Shown: positions 10,073-20,296, numbered from the stretch's first letter. The stretch: 64,000 bases of DNA from an uncultured Chloroflexia bacterium (GCA_963821595.1 CAWGEL010000031.1:38656-102655), one strand, 5' to 3'. A program made the numbers and translations. The notes: generated from the sequence alone by a model not told the origin.

Positions 10073-11191
10073 TCAGGCCGCGCGCCGGACGCGGATGCGG
10101 TAGCGGACCAGCACGTCGCTGGTGATCACGCAGAACAGGATGATGCCCTGGATCATGGCCGGGACGCCGGATGGCTGGATCTCCCGGCCGGCCAGGATCA
10201 GGGCGCCGAAGAAGATCGCGGCCACGATCACGCCGAGCGGATTGAAGCGGGCCAGGTACGCCACGATGATCGCGGTGAAGCCGTACCCGGGCGAGATCGC
10301 GTCCTGCAGACGATGGACGACGCCGGAGACCTCGCTCATCCCGGCCAGACCGGCCAGGCCACCCGACACGACGAACACCATCACCATGTTGCGGCGGATG
10401 TCGATGCCCGCGTACCGGGCCGCCTCCGGGCCGTCGCCGACCAGCCGGATCACGTAGCCCCAGCGGCTCCGGCTCACCAGGAACCAGACGGCGATGGCGG
10501 CCACGATCCCGAGCAGCAGGCCGGCGTGGACGGTCAGGCCGGCGAACGCCGGCACGCTCCCCGAGAAGTCGGAGAGCCGGGCCAGCCAGGCATCGCGCGG
10601 GAACTGCCGCGTCAACTGGAAGCCCGCCTCGCTCCACGGCCCGAAGACCCAGTACTGGATCCAGAGCAGGGCGATGTAGTTGAGCATCAGGGTGACGATG
10701 ATCTCGTTCACCTTGAGGTAGGCCTTCAGGACGCCGGGTATGGCGCCCCAGGCCGCCCCGCACGCGAATCCGGCCAGGGCCATCAGCGGGATCGTGATCA
10801 GGCCCGGTGTGCCGGCCGGCACGAGCGGCGCGAGAACGACCGCGCTGGCGCCCCAGGCACCCATGAGGAACTGGCCTTCCGCCCCGATGTTCCAGAGGCG
10901 CATCCGGAAGGCGAGCGCGCAGGCGAGCCCGGTCAGGATCAATGGCGTCGCCTTGACCAGCGTGTCCGAGATCACGCCCGGGCTGCCGAACGACGCGTTG
11001 AAGATGTGGACGTAGGAGCGGATCGGGTCGCCGCCCACGAAGGCCAGGATCAGGCCGCTGATCACGAGCGCGACGAAGATCGCGAGCAGCGTGATGAGCC
11101 CGGCCCAGCGGGGCGCCTCGAGCCGCGCTTCAAGCGAGATCGAGGCGGAGCCGCGGCGGGTCGCCCCGCTCGACGTCGCCGGGGCGGTCAT
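10073..11191 (-). CDS. ABC transporter permease (BMP/nucleoside-type, first permease)
   Basis: MTAPATSS...ITLLAIFVALVISGLILAFVGGDP...TPLILTGLACALAFRMRLWNIGAEGQFLMGAW. ATG 11191 overlaps the ATPase stop (ATGA). Confidence 0.85.
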   Translation of the reverse strand: MTAPATSSGATRRGSASISLEARLEAPRWAGLITLLAIFVALVISGLILAFVGGDPIRSYVHIFNASFGSPGVISDTLVKATPLILTGLACALAFRMRLWNIGAEGQFLMGAWGASAVVLAPLVPAGTPGLITIPLMALAGFACGAAWGAIPGVLKAYLKVNEIIVTLMLNYIALLWIQYWVFGPWSEAGFQLTRQFPRDAWLARLSDFSGSVPAFAGLTVHAGLLLGIVAAIAVWFLVSRSRWGYVIRLVGDGPEAARYAGIDIRRNMVMVFVVSGGLAGLAGMSEVSGVVHRLQDAISPGYGFTAIIVAYLARFNPLGVIVAAIFFGALILAGREIQPSGVPAMIQGIILFCVITSDVLVRYRIRVRRAA

Positions 11192-12825
11192 CGGTCGGCC
11201 TCGGGCCGTGACACCGAGGCGCTGATCGCGGCGGCGGGTTCCGGGCCGGCCGTCGGCGCCGGCCCCGCCGCCGGCCCCGGCCCTGTGCCACTCTCCGGCT
11301 GCCATTCGCCACCGGTCATCAGGATGCCGATCCCCTGCGGGTGCACGTCCGCGACGTCGAACGGCCCCTGCAGGCGGCCCTCGTACAGCACCGCGACCCG
11401 GTCCGAGAGGGCCAGGATCTCGTCGAGGTCCTCGGAGATCATGACCGTGGCCGCGCCCGTCTCGCGGCGCGCCAGCAGGAGGCGGTGCACACCTTCGATC
11501 GCGCCGACGTCCAGGCCGCGCGTGGGCTGGACGGCGACCAGGAGCCGGGGGTCCAGGTCCATCTCGCGGGCCAGGATCAGCCGCTGGAGGTTCCCCCCGG
11601 AGAGCAGCCGGGCGGCCGTGGCGACCGACGGGCTCACGATCTCGTACTCCTCGCGGAGGTGCTCGGCCACGCGGCGGGCAGCACCCGTGTCGACCACCCA
11701 GCCGTGGGCGATCGGGGCCTGCCGGTAGCGCTTCATGATGAGGTTATCCGTGACCGACAGGTTGGGCGCGCTGCCGACGCCGGTCCGATCCTCGGGGACG
11801 TGGGCCACGCCCCGCCGGATCGCATCGCTGGCCGGGTGATTCGCCGTTTCGGCGCCCAGCACCTCGACGTGGCCGGTGCACGGGCGGAGCCCCGTGATCA
11901 CCTGGGCGAGCTCCGACTGGCCGTTGCCGGCGACGCCGGCGATGCCCAGGATCTCGCCGGCCCGAACGTCGAACGAGACCCCGCGCAGGGCGGGCAGCCC
12001 GCGATCGTTCCTGGTCTCGACATCGCGGACGGACAGCACGACGGCGCCCGGCCGGAACTGGGCCCGGTCGATCGTCTCCACGACCGAGCGGCCGACCATG
12101 AGCCGGGCGAGGTCGGCCGTCGTCGCGCCGGCCGCGGGGATGCCGGAGGCGGTGACCTTGCCGCGCCGCATCACCGTGATGCGGTCGGCGATCGACGTCA
12201 CCTCGTGGAGCTTGTGGCTGATGAAGACGACGGCGTGGCCGCTGGCCGTCATCGCGCGCAGGGTCCCGAACAGGTCCTCGGTCTCCTGGGGAGCGAGGAC
12301 CGCGGTCGGCTCGTCCATGATCAGGATCCGCACGCCGCGGTAGAGCATCTTGAGGATCTCGACCCGCTGCTGCTCGCCCACGGAAAGCTGCCAGACCTTG
12401 GCCCCCGGGTCGACGTGCAGGCCGAACTTCTCGGACAGGCCGGCGACCTCGTCCTGGAAGCGGTCGAGGCGAAGCCGGAAGCGCGGCCGGTCGAGGCCGA
12501 TGAGGATGTTCTCGGTGACCGTCTGCGACGGCACCAGGGCGAAATGCTGGTGGACCATGCCGAGGCCGGCCGCGATCGCGTCGCGCGGAGAGCGGAAGTC
12601 GCAGCGTTGGCCCTCGACCCGGATCTCGCCGGCGTCCGGCCGGTACATGCCGGCGAGGACGTTCATGAGGGTGCTCTTGCCGGCGCCGTTCTCGCCGAGC
12701 AGGGCATGGACCTCACCCGGCCGAACGTCGAAGTCGACCCCGTCGTTGGCCACGACGCCCGGGAACTGCTTGACGATGCCGCGCAGCTCCACCGCCAGGG
12801 GTTGCTCGAGCGAGTCGCGAGTCAC
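11188..12825 (-). CDS. ABC transporter ATP-binding protein with duplicated ATPase domains
   Basis: Two Walker A / signature sets are present: GENGAGKSTL...LSVGEQQRVEI...ILIMDEPT and GVAGNGQSEL...LSGGNLQRLIL. Confidence 0.9.
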   Translation of the reverse strand: MTRDSLEQPLAVELRGIVKQFPGVVANDGVDFDVRPGEVHALLGENGAGKSTLMNVLAGMYRPDAGEIRVEGQRCDFRSPRDAIAAGLGMVHQHFALVPSQTVTENILIGLDRPRFRLRLDRFQDEVAGLSEKFGLHVDPGAKVWQLSVGEQQRVEILKMLYRGVRILIMDEPTAVLAPQETEDLFGTLRAMTASGHAVVFISHKLHEVTSIADRITVMRRGKVTASGIPAAGATTADLARLMVGRSVVETIDRAQFRPGAVVLSVRDVETRNDRGLPALRGVSFDVRAGEILGIAGVAGNGQSELAQVITGLRPCTGHVEVLGAETANHPASDAIRRGVAHVPEDRTGVGSAPNLSVTDNLIMKRYRQAPIAHGWVVDTGAARRVAEHLREEYEIVSPSVATAARLLSGGNLQRLILAREMDLDPRLLVAVQPTRGLDVGAIEGVHRLLLARRETGAATVMISEDLDEILALSDRVAVLYEGRLQGPFDVADVHPQGIGILMTGGEWQPESGTGPGPAAGPAPTAGPEPAAAISASVSRPEADR

Positions 12826-12898
12826 GAAGTCGCCTGGTCCTGTCTTGAGCGCGCGAGGGGCCCGCGGCGGATGCCGCGGGCCCCTCGCGGAGTCGTGG

Positions 12899-14170
12899 CT
12901 ACTGGGTCGGGATGGTGGCGTTGACGCCCGCGGCCCACCAGTGCATGCAGACGGTGCAGGCAGGGGTGCCCGGCGGGAACTGGTCGAGGTCAGACTGCTG
13001 CAGCTTCTGGCCGGCGGCCAGGATCTGCTTGCCGGTGTTGTCCGTGATGGGCCCGGCGAACACGTCGAACCGGTTGAACTGGCCGGCGAGCATCTTGGCC
13101 AGGGTGTCCTTGACCATCTGGACGTCGGCTGCCGGCAGGTCCTTGATGCCGGGCTGCGGCGTCTCGCCAGCCATGAAGCCGAAGAGCCCGAGCGAGCCGG
13201 AGTCGGCGTCGAAGTACTCGTAGCCGGCCGTGTAGGTCTTGGCCTTGACCTGCTCGGCGATCCGGGCGTACTCGGGACCCCACAGCCAGTAGATCGTGGT
13301 CAGGCAGTGGTCCACCTTGCACGACCCGAAGTAGTCGTAGGTGACACCCCACTTGCCCTTCTCCTGGGCCACGTCCGCGACCGCCGGCGTGTCGGCGCCG
13401 GTCAGGACGACGTCAGCCCCGGCGTCGAAGAGAGACGCGGCCGCGTCCTTCTCCTTGACCGGGTCATGCCAGGTGTTGATCCAGCGGACGTCCATCGTGC
13501 AGTCGGGGCAGGTCTTCTTCGCCCCGAGCATGAAGGCGTTGCCGAGGCGCAGCTCCTCGGGGATCGGGAACGTCGCCATGTAGCCGAGCTTCGGGTTCTT
13601 GTCGACCGTGGCCCGCGACCCGGCGAGCATCCCCGCCAGGTACTTCATGTCCTCCATGGCACCCATCAGGTTGCCGAAGTTCTTGCCGTTCGACTTGTAG
13701 CCGGTCAGGTGGACGAACGTCTGGTTCGGGAATTCTTCGGCGACCGTGGCCATCGGGTCCATGTAGCCGAAGCTGGTGCCGAGGATGAGGTCGAATCCCT
13801 TGCGGGCGAGACTGCGGAAGACCTGCTCGGAATCGGCGCCCTCGGGCACGTTCTCGATGTAGGCGACGTGCGTGTTGGGGACGTGCTGGCAGACGTAGAC
13901 CAGGCCGTCGTACTGGGCCTGGCTCCAGCCGCCGTCATCGTGGGGCCCGATCAGGACCATGCCGACGTTGAACATTCCGGCCACGACGTCCGGGATCTCG
14001 AGCGCGCTCTTGCCCGAACCCGCCTCGCAGCCCGCCTGGGCCGAGCCCGAGGCCTGGGCAGCGCCGGACGCCTGCGCGGCCGGCGAGGGGCTGGCCCCTC
14101 CGCTGGAGCACGCCCCCACGACGAGGGCGAACGCTGTGGCCAGCGCAATCAGGGGCCGGTGTCTCACCAT
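12899..14170 (-). CDS. BMP family ABC transporter substrate-binding lipoprotein
   Basis: MVRHRPLIALATAFALVVGAC has a lipobox, and a GGAGGA RBS precedes the start. The mature part (VGMVLIGPHDDGGWSQAQYDG...GYMATFPIPE) resembles Med/BMP-type basic membrane lipoproteins. It sits at the head of the ABC operon. Confidence 0.8.
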   Translation of the reverse strand: MVRHRPLIALATAFALVVGACSSGGASPSPAAQASGAAQASGSAQAGCEAGSGKSALEIPDVVAGMFNVGMVLIGPHDDGGWSQAQYDGLVYVCQHVPNTHVAYIENVPEGADSEQVFRSLARKGFDLILGTSFGYMDPMATVAEEFPNQTFVHLTGYKSNGKNFGNLMGAMEDMKYLAGMLAGSRATVDKNPKLGYMATFPIPEELRLGNAFMLGAKKTCPDCTMDVRWINTWHDPVKEKDAAASLFDAGADVVLTGADTPAVADVAQEKGKWGVTYDYFGSCKVDHCLTTIYWLWGPEYARIAEQVKAKTYTAGYEYFDADSGSLGLFGFMAGETPQPGIKDLPAADVQMVKDTLAKMLAGQFNRFDVFAGPITDNTGKQILAAGQKLQQSDLDQFPPGTPACTVCMHWWAAGVNATIPTQ

Positions 14171-14424
14171 CGTGGTCCTCCTGCGACCGGCTGAACCATG
14201 TTCCGCCGGCCACCTCCGCCGCAGACGACCGCGGGCGCTTCGGTCGCCGCTCCCGACCGAACGATACCCTTCGGGCGGGCCGGTCGTGGGACCCCGGCGC
14301 GGCACGGCAGGGCGGCCGGCGGCCCGGCCAGAACGTCCGCTCCGCTCGCCCAGGTGGAGTCTCGCCGCCGGCGGCGCGAGCCGGCACCGCCCGTCCTCGC
14401 CCGTTTCCGGTACCCTTCCGCGCG

Positions 14425-15702
14425 ATGTTCGAACGAACGGCGCTGCCCGACGGGCCGCGCGTCATCACGGCGCGGTCCCCGGGCGCCCGGTCGGTGACCA
14501 TCGAGGCGCACGTCGTCGCCGGTTCCCGCCACGAAGGACCCGGCCAGGCGGGATGTGCCCATTTCATGGAGCACCTGACCTTCAAGGGCACGCGCGCCTA
14601 CCCGACGACCAGGGCGCTCTCGGAGGCCGTCGAGGGACTCGGCGGCAGCTTCAATGCCTCCACGGACCGGGAGTCGACCGTCTACTACGTCCGGGTTCCC
14701 GCGCGGCACGTGGAGACCGCGATGGCGGTGCTCGGCGAGCTGGTCGTGCGCCCGCTGCTCGACCCGTCCGAGGTCGAGAACGAGCGCGACGTCATCGTCG
14801 AGGAGATCCGCTCCTATCTCGACGACCCTGCCGAGCACGTGAGCGTCCTGTTCGACCTGGCCCTGTTCGGTGACACGCCGCTTGGTCGCGAGATCGCCGG
14901 CACGGAGGAGAGCGTGCGGGCCCTCACCGCCGAGGCGATCCGCGGGTTCTGGGACACGTTCTATCGCCCGGCCAACGTGGTCGTCGCCGCGGCCGGCGAC
15001 GTGTCCCACGATCGGTTCGTCGAGCTCGCCGGCGCGGCGTTCGGCCGTGGCAGCGGCCCGGTGCCCGGCTACGAACCCGCCCCGAACCTGCCGGCCGGGG
15101 AGCGATGGCTGCGCGCAACCCGCCCCACGACTCAGGCCCAGCTCGTTCTCGGCCTGCCGGCCCTCCCCCGCGACCATCCCGACCAGTGGGCGCTCGCGGT
15201 CCTGAACGCCGTGCTCGGTGACGGGATGTCGAGCCGGCTCTTCCTGGAGGTTCGCGAGGAGCGCGGCCTCGCCTACGACGTCGGCAGCTCGATCGTCAGT
15301 TACGCCGATGCGGGCGTCCTGTCCGTGTACGCCGGCGTGGACCCGGGCAAGATGCGGCGCGTGATCGGCGCCGTCCTCGACGAACTGGCCCGCCTGCGCG
15401 ACGTCGACGTCCCCGACGCGGAGCTCGCCAAGGCGAAGGCGTACCTGAGCGGACGCCTGGAACTGCGCATGGACGAGACCCGCTACCTCGCCTCGTGGCT
15501 CGGCACGCAGGAGGCGCTCCACGATCGGGTCATGACGCCGGACGAGGCGCTGGCGGCGATCGACGCCGTCTCGACGGCCGAGGTCAGGGCGCTGGCGGCC
15601 AGGCTGTTCGTCGGCGAAGGGCTGCGGATGGCGGTCGTCGCCCCGGCCGGTCGCGGCCGGCGCCTGGAGACCGCCCTGCGGTTGCCCGCTGGCGCATCAT
15701 GA
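14425..15702 (+). CDS. M16 family (pitrilysin-like) zinc peptidase
   Basis: An inverted zinc motif HFMEHLTFKGT (HxxEH) lies near the N-terminus, followed by ...ERDVIVEEI.... The ORF is intact at about 425 aa, the usual length. Confidence 0.85.
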   Translation: MFERTALPDGPRVITARSPGARSVTIEAHVVAGSRHEGPGQAGCAHFMEHLTFKGTRAYPTTRALSEAVEGLGGSFNASTDRESTVYYVRVPARHVETAMAVLGELVVRPLLDPSEVENERDVIVEEIRSYLDDPAEHVSVLFDLALFGDTPLGREIAGTEESVRALTAEAIRGFWDTFYRPANVVVAAAGDVSHDRFVELAGAAFGRGSGPVPGYEPAPNLPAGERWLRATRPTTQAQLVLGLPALPRDHPDQWALAVLNAVLGDGMSSRLFLEVREERGLAYDVGSSIVSYADAGVLSVYAGVDPGKMRRVIGAVLDELARLRDVDVPDAELAKAKAYLSGRLELRMDETRYLASWLGTQEALHDRVMTPDEALAAIDAVSTAEVRALAARLFVGEGLRMAVVAPAGRGRRLETALRLPAGAS

Positions 15703-15724
15703 GGTCCCCCAGCGAGGACGATTC

Positions 15725-17290
15725 ATGAGCGAGCACGAACGCGCGGACGACGAGCGCCCGATCGAGGACGCCCCGGAGCCCGCCGGGCAGAATGCGGCCG
15801 AGAGTGGCCCGGCCTCCGGGGAGTCGTCCGTGCCCGATCCGGCTGCCGGCGGCACCGGGCCCGACGCCGCGGGTGAGGAGGCGGCCCCCGGTCCGGAGCC
15901 AGCGCCAGCCGCGATCACGGCGTCCGACCCGGAGCCGGCGCCCGACCTGGGTCCCGCGTCCGACCCGGAGCCGGCGCCCGACCTGGGTCCCGCGTCCGAC
16001 CCGGAAGCCGCGACCAGCCCGGCGGCCGCGACTCCGTCCGGGCCTGAGCCCGCGACTCCGTCCGGCCCCGAGCCCGCCGCCGGCACCGAGCCCGCCGCCG
16101 GCACCGAGCCGCGGAACCCGCCCGGCCCGGCACGCGAGCGAGGGGCGAGGACCGGCGACACCGCCTTCACCGCAACGACGCAACCCGCCCGGGCGACCGC
16201 CGGCGCCGCCGGCGCGGACACCTTCGGGACCGTGGCACCGCGCCCGAACCCGCCGGCATCCAGCCGGGCCGCGCTCCGGCCGGCCGGTCCGTCCGAACGC
16301 CCACCGGACCTCCGGCTGGCAACGCTCCACCTGCGCGTCGGGATGCTCGGCCTGGCTCGCGCGGAGCTCGAGACCGCGGCCGGTGGAGAGGCCCTCGACG
16401 AGACAGGAATCCTGGACCTCGCCGAAGTGCGCTGGCGAGGCGGCGACCTCCGCGGCGCCGCAACCGCCGCCACCGCCTGGCTCGACGCCTCCGCGCCGTC
16501 GTCGCGGACGGCGAGCCAGGACGCGCTCGCGCACGTCATCCTCGCCGAGTCGGCCGCGACGCGCGGGAGAGACGAGGATGTCGCCAGCCACGCGGCCGCG
16601 GCACTCGACGCGCTCGCGGCGGTGGCAGGCGCGCCGAGCGGTGGGTCGAAGAGCCGGCGCGACGCCGGGCGGCAGTCCGTGGAGTCGCTCCTCGGGGGCG
16701 TCTTCGCCGGCATCGAGCCCCACGCGACGGTCTGGCCAGGGGCGCCACTGGCAGCTCCGAGCGCGACCCGCGCGGCGATGCCACCCTCCACCAGGTCGGT
16801 ACCGGCGGCCGTTGCCACATCGGTGCCGGCGGCCGTGCCGCCCGTTGACGGCGAGAGCGCGACGTCGGCCGCCCCGACGCGGGACCCGGCCCAGGCAACC
16901 CTCTGGGAGCCAGAGCCCGAGCGCACGCCGGGGCGCGAGCCCGAACCCGCCCCCGACACCCCCGCCTCGCCTGCCGTACAGCCTGCCACCGCCCGACCGG
17001 ACGCCGTCGCGACCCTCGAGCACGCCACCTCGACGCTGCCGACCGACCCCGACCGCGCCGCGATCCTGTTCCTGCTGGCATTGCGGAGCGGTGCCGACCC
17101 CGCCCGGGTCCTGGACTCGATCGGCGACGACGGCGGCCAGCCGGCGCTGGCCCTCGTCCGGGCAGAAGCACTCGGGGCCATCGGTCACCACGCCGCCGCC
17201 GCCGAGGTCCTGGCGTCCGCCGGGCTGGCCTCCGCCGGCGCGCCGGAGCCCGTGGCGTTGGACGACGACCCAACCGGAGGTCACGCCTAG
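15725..17290 (+). CDS. hypothetical Pro/Ala-rich protein with short tandem peptide repeats
   Basis: A GAGGA-type RBS precedes ATG 15725. The N-terminal 150 aa are acidic and Pro-rich, with SDPEPAPDLGPA x2, TPSGPEPA x2 and AGTEPA x2. The middle and C-terminal parts look helical (LATLHLRVGMLGLARAELE..., AAILFLLALRSGADPARVL). No family recognised. Confidence 0.5.
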   Translation: MSEHERADDERPIEDAPEPAGQNAAESGPASGESSVPDPAAGGTGPDAAGEEAAPGPEPAPAAITASDPEPAPDLGPASDPEPAPDLGPASDPEAATSPAAATPSGPEPATPSGPEPAAGTEPAAGTEPRNPPGPARERGARTGDTAFTATTQPARATAGAAGADTFGTVAPRPNPPASSRAALRPAGPSERPPDLRLATLHLRVGMLGLARAELETAAGGEALDETGILDLAEVRWRGGDLRGAATAATAWLDASAPSSRTASQDALAHVILAESAATRGRDEDVASHAAAALDALAAVAGAPSGGSKSRRDAGRQSVESLLGGVFAGIEPHATVWPGAPLAAPSATRAAMPPSTRSVPAAVATSVPAAVPPVDGESATSAAPTRDPAQATLWEPEPERTPGREPEPAPDTPASPAVQPATARPDAVATLEHATSTLPTDPDRAAILFLLALRSGADPARVLDSIGDDGGQPALALVRAEALGAIGHHAAAAEVLASAGLASAGAPEPVALDDDPTGGHA

Positions 17291-17451
17291 GACCCGCGGC
17301 GCCGAGCCCGGCCGGGCTCTCGTGCCGTGCCGGCACCACGGGCCCGCGGCACGGGCCCGCGGCTCGGGCCGACGACGCGTGCCGGCGCGACGGCCGCGCG
17401 GTCGGAAGCCCGCCGTGCCCGATCGTCGCGCGGGCCACTGGGGTAACGTTC

Positions 17452-17952
17452 GTGGCGAACAACCGTCAGTCCCAGCTCGCAGTGGTGGCCCCCGTGTCCG
17501 AACGCTCGCTCGTCCTCGTCAAGCCGGATGGTGTCCAGCGCCTGCTGGTCGGCCGCGTGATCTCCCGCTTCGAGGATCGCGGGCTCCGGCTGGTCGGCCT
17601 CAAGCTCGTGCACGTCTCGCGTGAGTTCGCCGAGCAGCACTATGCGGTCCATCGCGGCAAGCCGTTCTTCGCCGGCCTCGTCGACTTCATCACCTCCGCC
17701 CCGCTCGTTGCGATGGCGCTGGAAGGGCCGAACGCGATCTCGATGATCCGGTCGATGGTTGGCGCCACGCGGCCTGTGGAGGCGGCCCCGGGCACGATCC
17801 GCGGCGACTTCGGCGTCGAGGTCGGGCAGAACCTCATCCACGCATCGGATGCCCCGGAGACGGCCGAGGTCGAGCTGGCCCTGTGGTTCCCCGACGGGAC
17901 CCTGGACTACGCGCGCGACATCGACCGGTGGGTGCTCGGACCGACGCGCTGA
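17452..17952 (+). CDS. ndk: nucleoside-diphosphate kinase
   Basis: ERSLVLVKPDGVQRLLVGRVISRFEDRGLRLVGLK...HRGKPFFAGLVDFITSAPLVAMALEG...RGDFG...NLIHASD. The start is GTG 17452 or, better matching family length, GTG 17494. Confidence 0.9.
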   Translation: MANNRQSQLAVVAPVSERSLVLVKPDGVQRLLVGRVISRFEDRGLRLVGLKLVHVSREFAEQHYAVHRGKPFFAGLVDFITSAPLVAMALEGPNAISMIRSMVGATRPVEAAPGTIRGDFGVEVGQNLIHASDAPETAEVELALWFPDGTLDYARDIDRWVLGPTR

Positions 17953-18095
17953 GGCACGCGCCCGCAGACGGCGGTCCCTGGGAGGGGCTCGCGCCGCCCG
18001 CCCTCACCGCATCCCGGATCGCCACGCGCGACGCCGATTCGCGGGTTGCGCTGCGCGAGTGGTTCACCAGGTACGCCGAGGGCCCGATGCGCGCG

Positions 18096-19676
18096 TCAGG
18101 TTCCCCGCGGCACGCCCAGTCCGTTCGCCGCTGCGAGCAGAGCGACCCCAGCCAGGACGATCGCCACCAACGCCCGCAGCGGCGTTCGGTTGGCCGCGAC
18201 GATCTGACCCATTCGACGGGCCGCCACCGCCACCGTCCGCAGCGTCGCCCGGGCCGAACCGCCTCGTGAGGAGGTCGTCCCGCCCGCGCCGACGATCCGT
18301 CCGGGCGCGCCAGGCCACCCTCCCGACGGCTGACCGTCGGCGGCATGCTGCGCCGCGCCGGCGCCGGGGGAACCGTCGGCGGCAGCGGCCGGCATCCGAG
18401 GGATCTCGCCCGGCGCGGCGATCACGCGGGCCGCGGGCCGCCCGGCGCCGACCCACAGGACGCGGCAGGCCGCGGCGACGGTGCCGAGAGACCCCGCGAA
18501 CGCGATCAGGAAGAGGGGCCCGGCCGTGGCCGCCTGCAGGACGCGGATGCGCGCGTCCCAGGCCAGCAGCCCGGGCCAGCCGATCGACGCCACGCCGATC
18601 ACCGCGAGCGCGACTGCCAGCATCGGCGCGCGACGCGCCCAGCCGCGCGTCTCGCGGAGCCGCGTCGTGGAGAACGTCGCACCGAAGGCGATCGCCCAGC
18701 CGGCCAGGGCCATGCGCACGGCAACGAAGGCGACGAGCCAGGCCTGGAACGCGACCGTCGCCGACCCGTCGAGCGACGCGAGGGCGAGCAGGATCACGCC
18801 GACGTCCTGGACGATCGTGTAGGCGACGACGTGCTCGACCTGGTCCTGGATCATCGCCGCAACGGTCCCGAGGCCGAGCGTTGCCAGGCCAACCAGCACG
18901 ACCAGTCCGCGTTCGAGGCCAAGGGCCGAGCCCGATCCGGCCAGGCCGACCGGAGCCCATGCGACCAGGATCGCGGCCCATGCCGCCGGGATCCATGCAA
19001 CCAGGATGGGGAACGCGGCGAGCGGAGCCGCGTCGGCCAGGCGCGACACGCGCGCATGCAGCGGAATCGCACCGACCCGGTGCCCCACGACGGCGGCCGC
19101 GCCGAGCAGGACCAGGCCGGCGAGGGCAGGCTGCATCGTGACCGCCGCCCCCGAGATCGCCACGGCCAGCAGGCCGCCCGTGAGCGCGGTCGCCGACCCC
19201 CGCGCCTCGCGCGCCACCGCGAGCAGCCGGGCGGGAGCAGGGGTGCCGGCCAGCGCCAGCATGCTTGCCACGGCGGTCGTGCCGGCCAGCGCCAGGACGG
19301 CCGCTGATGCGCTGCTCACGCCGAGGGCCAGCGCGACCCCGGCGGTCGCTGCGAGCATGGCCGAGCCCGCGGCGATCAGACGCACGAGCCCGTCCGCGGC
19401 TCTGCCTTCGAGGATCCCCATCGCCAGGAGGAGGATCCCTCCGCCCAGCCCGACCCCGACCAGCGAACGCAGGAATGGCGACCCGACGAGCGTGAGCGGC
19501 TGCGACCCGGCTCCGTCGATGACCAGCGGCGCGCCTCCGCCGGCGGCGGGAAGGGCGGCGACGAGCGCCACGCCGGCCACGGCGGCGACGGCGAGCGACA
19601 GGGTCCGCCAGCGCGCCAGCGCGAGCATCGCCAGGACTCCCAGCGCCGCGACTCCGAACACCGGCAGGACGGTCAT
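18096..19676 (-). CDS. polytopic membrane protein, distantly NuoN/MrpD-like (proton-conducting transporter subunit family)
   Basis: About 14 hydrophobic helices. AMIQDQVEHVVAYTIVQDVGVILLAL resembles the Q....LAYSS....G signature of antiporter-like subunits (weak, from memory). ATG 19676 overlaps the upstream stop (ATGA). Confidence 0.5.
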   Translation of the reverse strand: MTVLPVFGVAALGVLAMLALARWRTLSLAVAAVAGVALVAALPAAGGGAPLVIDGAGSQPLTLVGSPFLRSLVGVGLGGGILLLAMGILEGRAADGLVRLIAAGSAMLAATAGVALALGVSSASAAVLALAGTTAVASMLALAGTPAPARLLAVAREARGSATALTGGLLAVAISGAAVTMQPALAGLVLLGAAAVVGHRVGAIPLHARVSRLADAAPLAAFPILVAWIPAAWAAILVAWAPVGLAGSGSALGLERGLVVLVGLATLGLGTVAAMIQDQVEHVVAYTIVQDVGVILLALASLDGSATVAFQAWLVAFVAVRMALAGWAIAFGATFSTTRLRETRGWARRAPMLAVALAVIGVASIGWPGLLAWDARIRVLQAATAGPLFLIAFAGSLGTVAAACRVLWVGAGRPAARVIAAPGEIPRMPAAAADGSPGAGAAQHAADGQPSGGWPGAPGRIVGAGGTTSSRGGSARATLRTVAVAARRMGQIVAANRTPLRALVAIVLAGVALLAAANGLGVPRGT

Positions 19677-20296
19677 GGCCGGCGTCCCTCGCGAAGCGAC
19701 CGGGCCGACGCGGCGAGGTCCGGCGCCGGCGGCCGGTCCGGCCCCGGCCCGACCAGGGCCAGGCCGGTGACCGCAAGGAGCACGATCGTCGCGCCGGCGA
19801 ACAGCGTCTCGCCGGGCCCCGGCGTCCCGAGGAGGCCGTCCCGGACCAGAATGGCGCCGGCGCCCAGCACGACGATCCCCGTCGTCAGGCGGAACGCGTC
19901 CCGGGCGACGACGAGTGGTGCGACCACCATGGCGATGCAGGCGAGGCCGGCCGCCAGCGAGCTGGGACTGCCGGCGGCCGGCAGACCGAGCGCCGTGGCG
20001 CCCGTGCCGGCCGCGACCGCGGCAGCCCCCGCGGCCAGGGACGCGGGGAGTCCCAGGGGGGAGCCGGCCGGCGACCGGACGCCGCGCGACGCGACCAGCA
20101 CCAGGAAGGCACCCAGGACTCCGGCCACGACCCGATAGGCGAGGGGAAGCCCCGCGGGCAGGGGGTCGGAGGTGAAGGGGCCCAGGCACAGGACGAAGAG
20201 GACGCCGACGGCCGCGGCGCGCGCCTCACGAGCCCCTCCGGCGAGCGCTGCGCCCAGGGCCACGGCGATGCCGGCCGCGATGGCCAGCGGTGTCAC
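19673..20296 (-). CDS. hypothetical polytopic membrane protein
   Basis: 207 aa, Ala/Gly/Leu-rich with 5-6 predicted helices. GTG 20296 overlaps the lepB stop (GTGA) and its own stop overlaps the next start, so it is translationally coupled on both sides. Confidence 0.55.
   Translation of the reverse strand: MTPLAIAAGIAVALGAALAGGAREARAAAVGVLFVLCLGPFTSDPLPAGLPLAYRVVAGVLGAFLVLVASRGVRSPAGSPLGLPASLAAGAAAVAAGTGATALGLPAAGSPSSLAAGLACIAMVVAPLVVARDAFRLTTGIVVLGAGAILVRDGLLGTPGPGETLFAGATIVLLAVTGLALVGPGPDRPPAPDLAASARSLREGRRP

Noticed and set aside
9039-11728. Very long ORFs in the track that are antisense or out of frame to the ABC permeases (9039..10763 minus, 9572..11728 plus). Similar ones occur elsewhere (2495..4972, 12350..14194, 18064..19776, 32390..34174, 32893..35598, 39524..41803, 42044..44146, 42183..44132).
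   Set aside because: Their translations are Arg/Pro/Gly/Asp-rich with no motifs and poor G/C enrichment at third positions. The overlapping frame gives textbook protein families. Stop-free alternative frames are expected at this GC content.
15792-17624. 610-aa ORF overlapping the 15725..17290 gene in another frame and running into ndk
   Set aside because: Its translation is dominated by Arg/Pro/Ser runs (RPRRPTRSRRPTWVPRP...), and it would overlap ndk. The 15725 frame has an RBS and a more protein-like composition.
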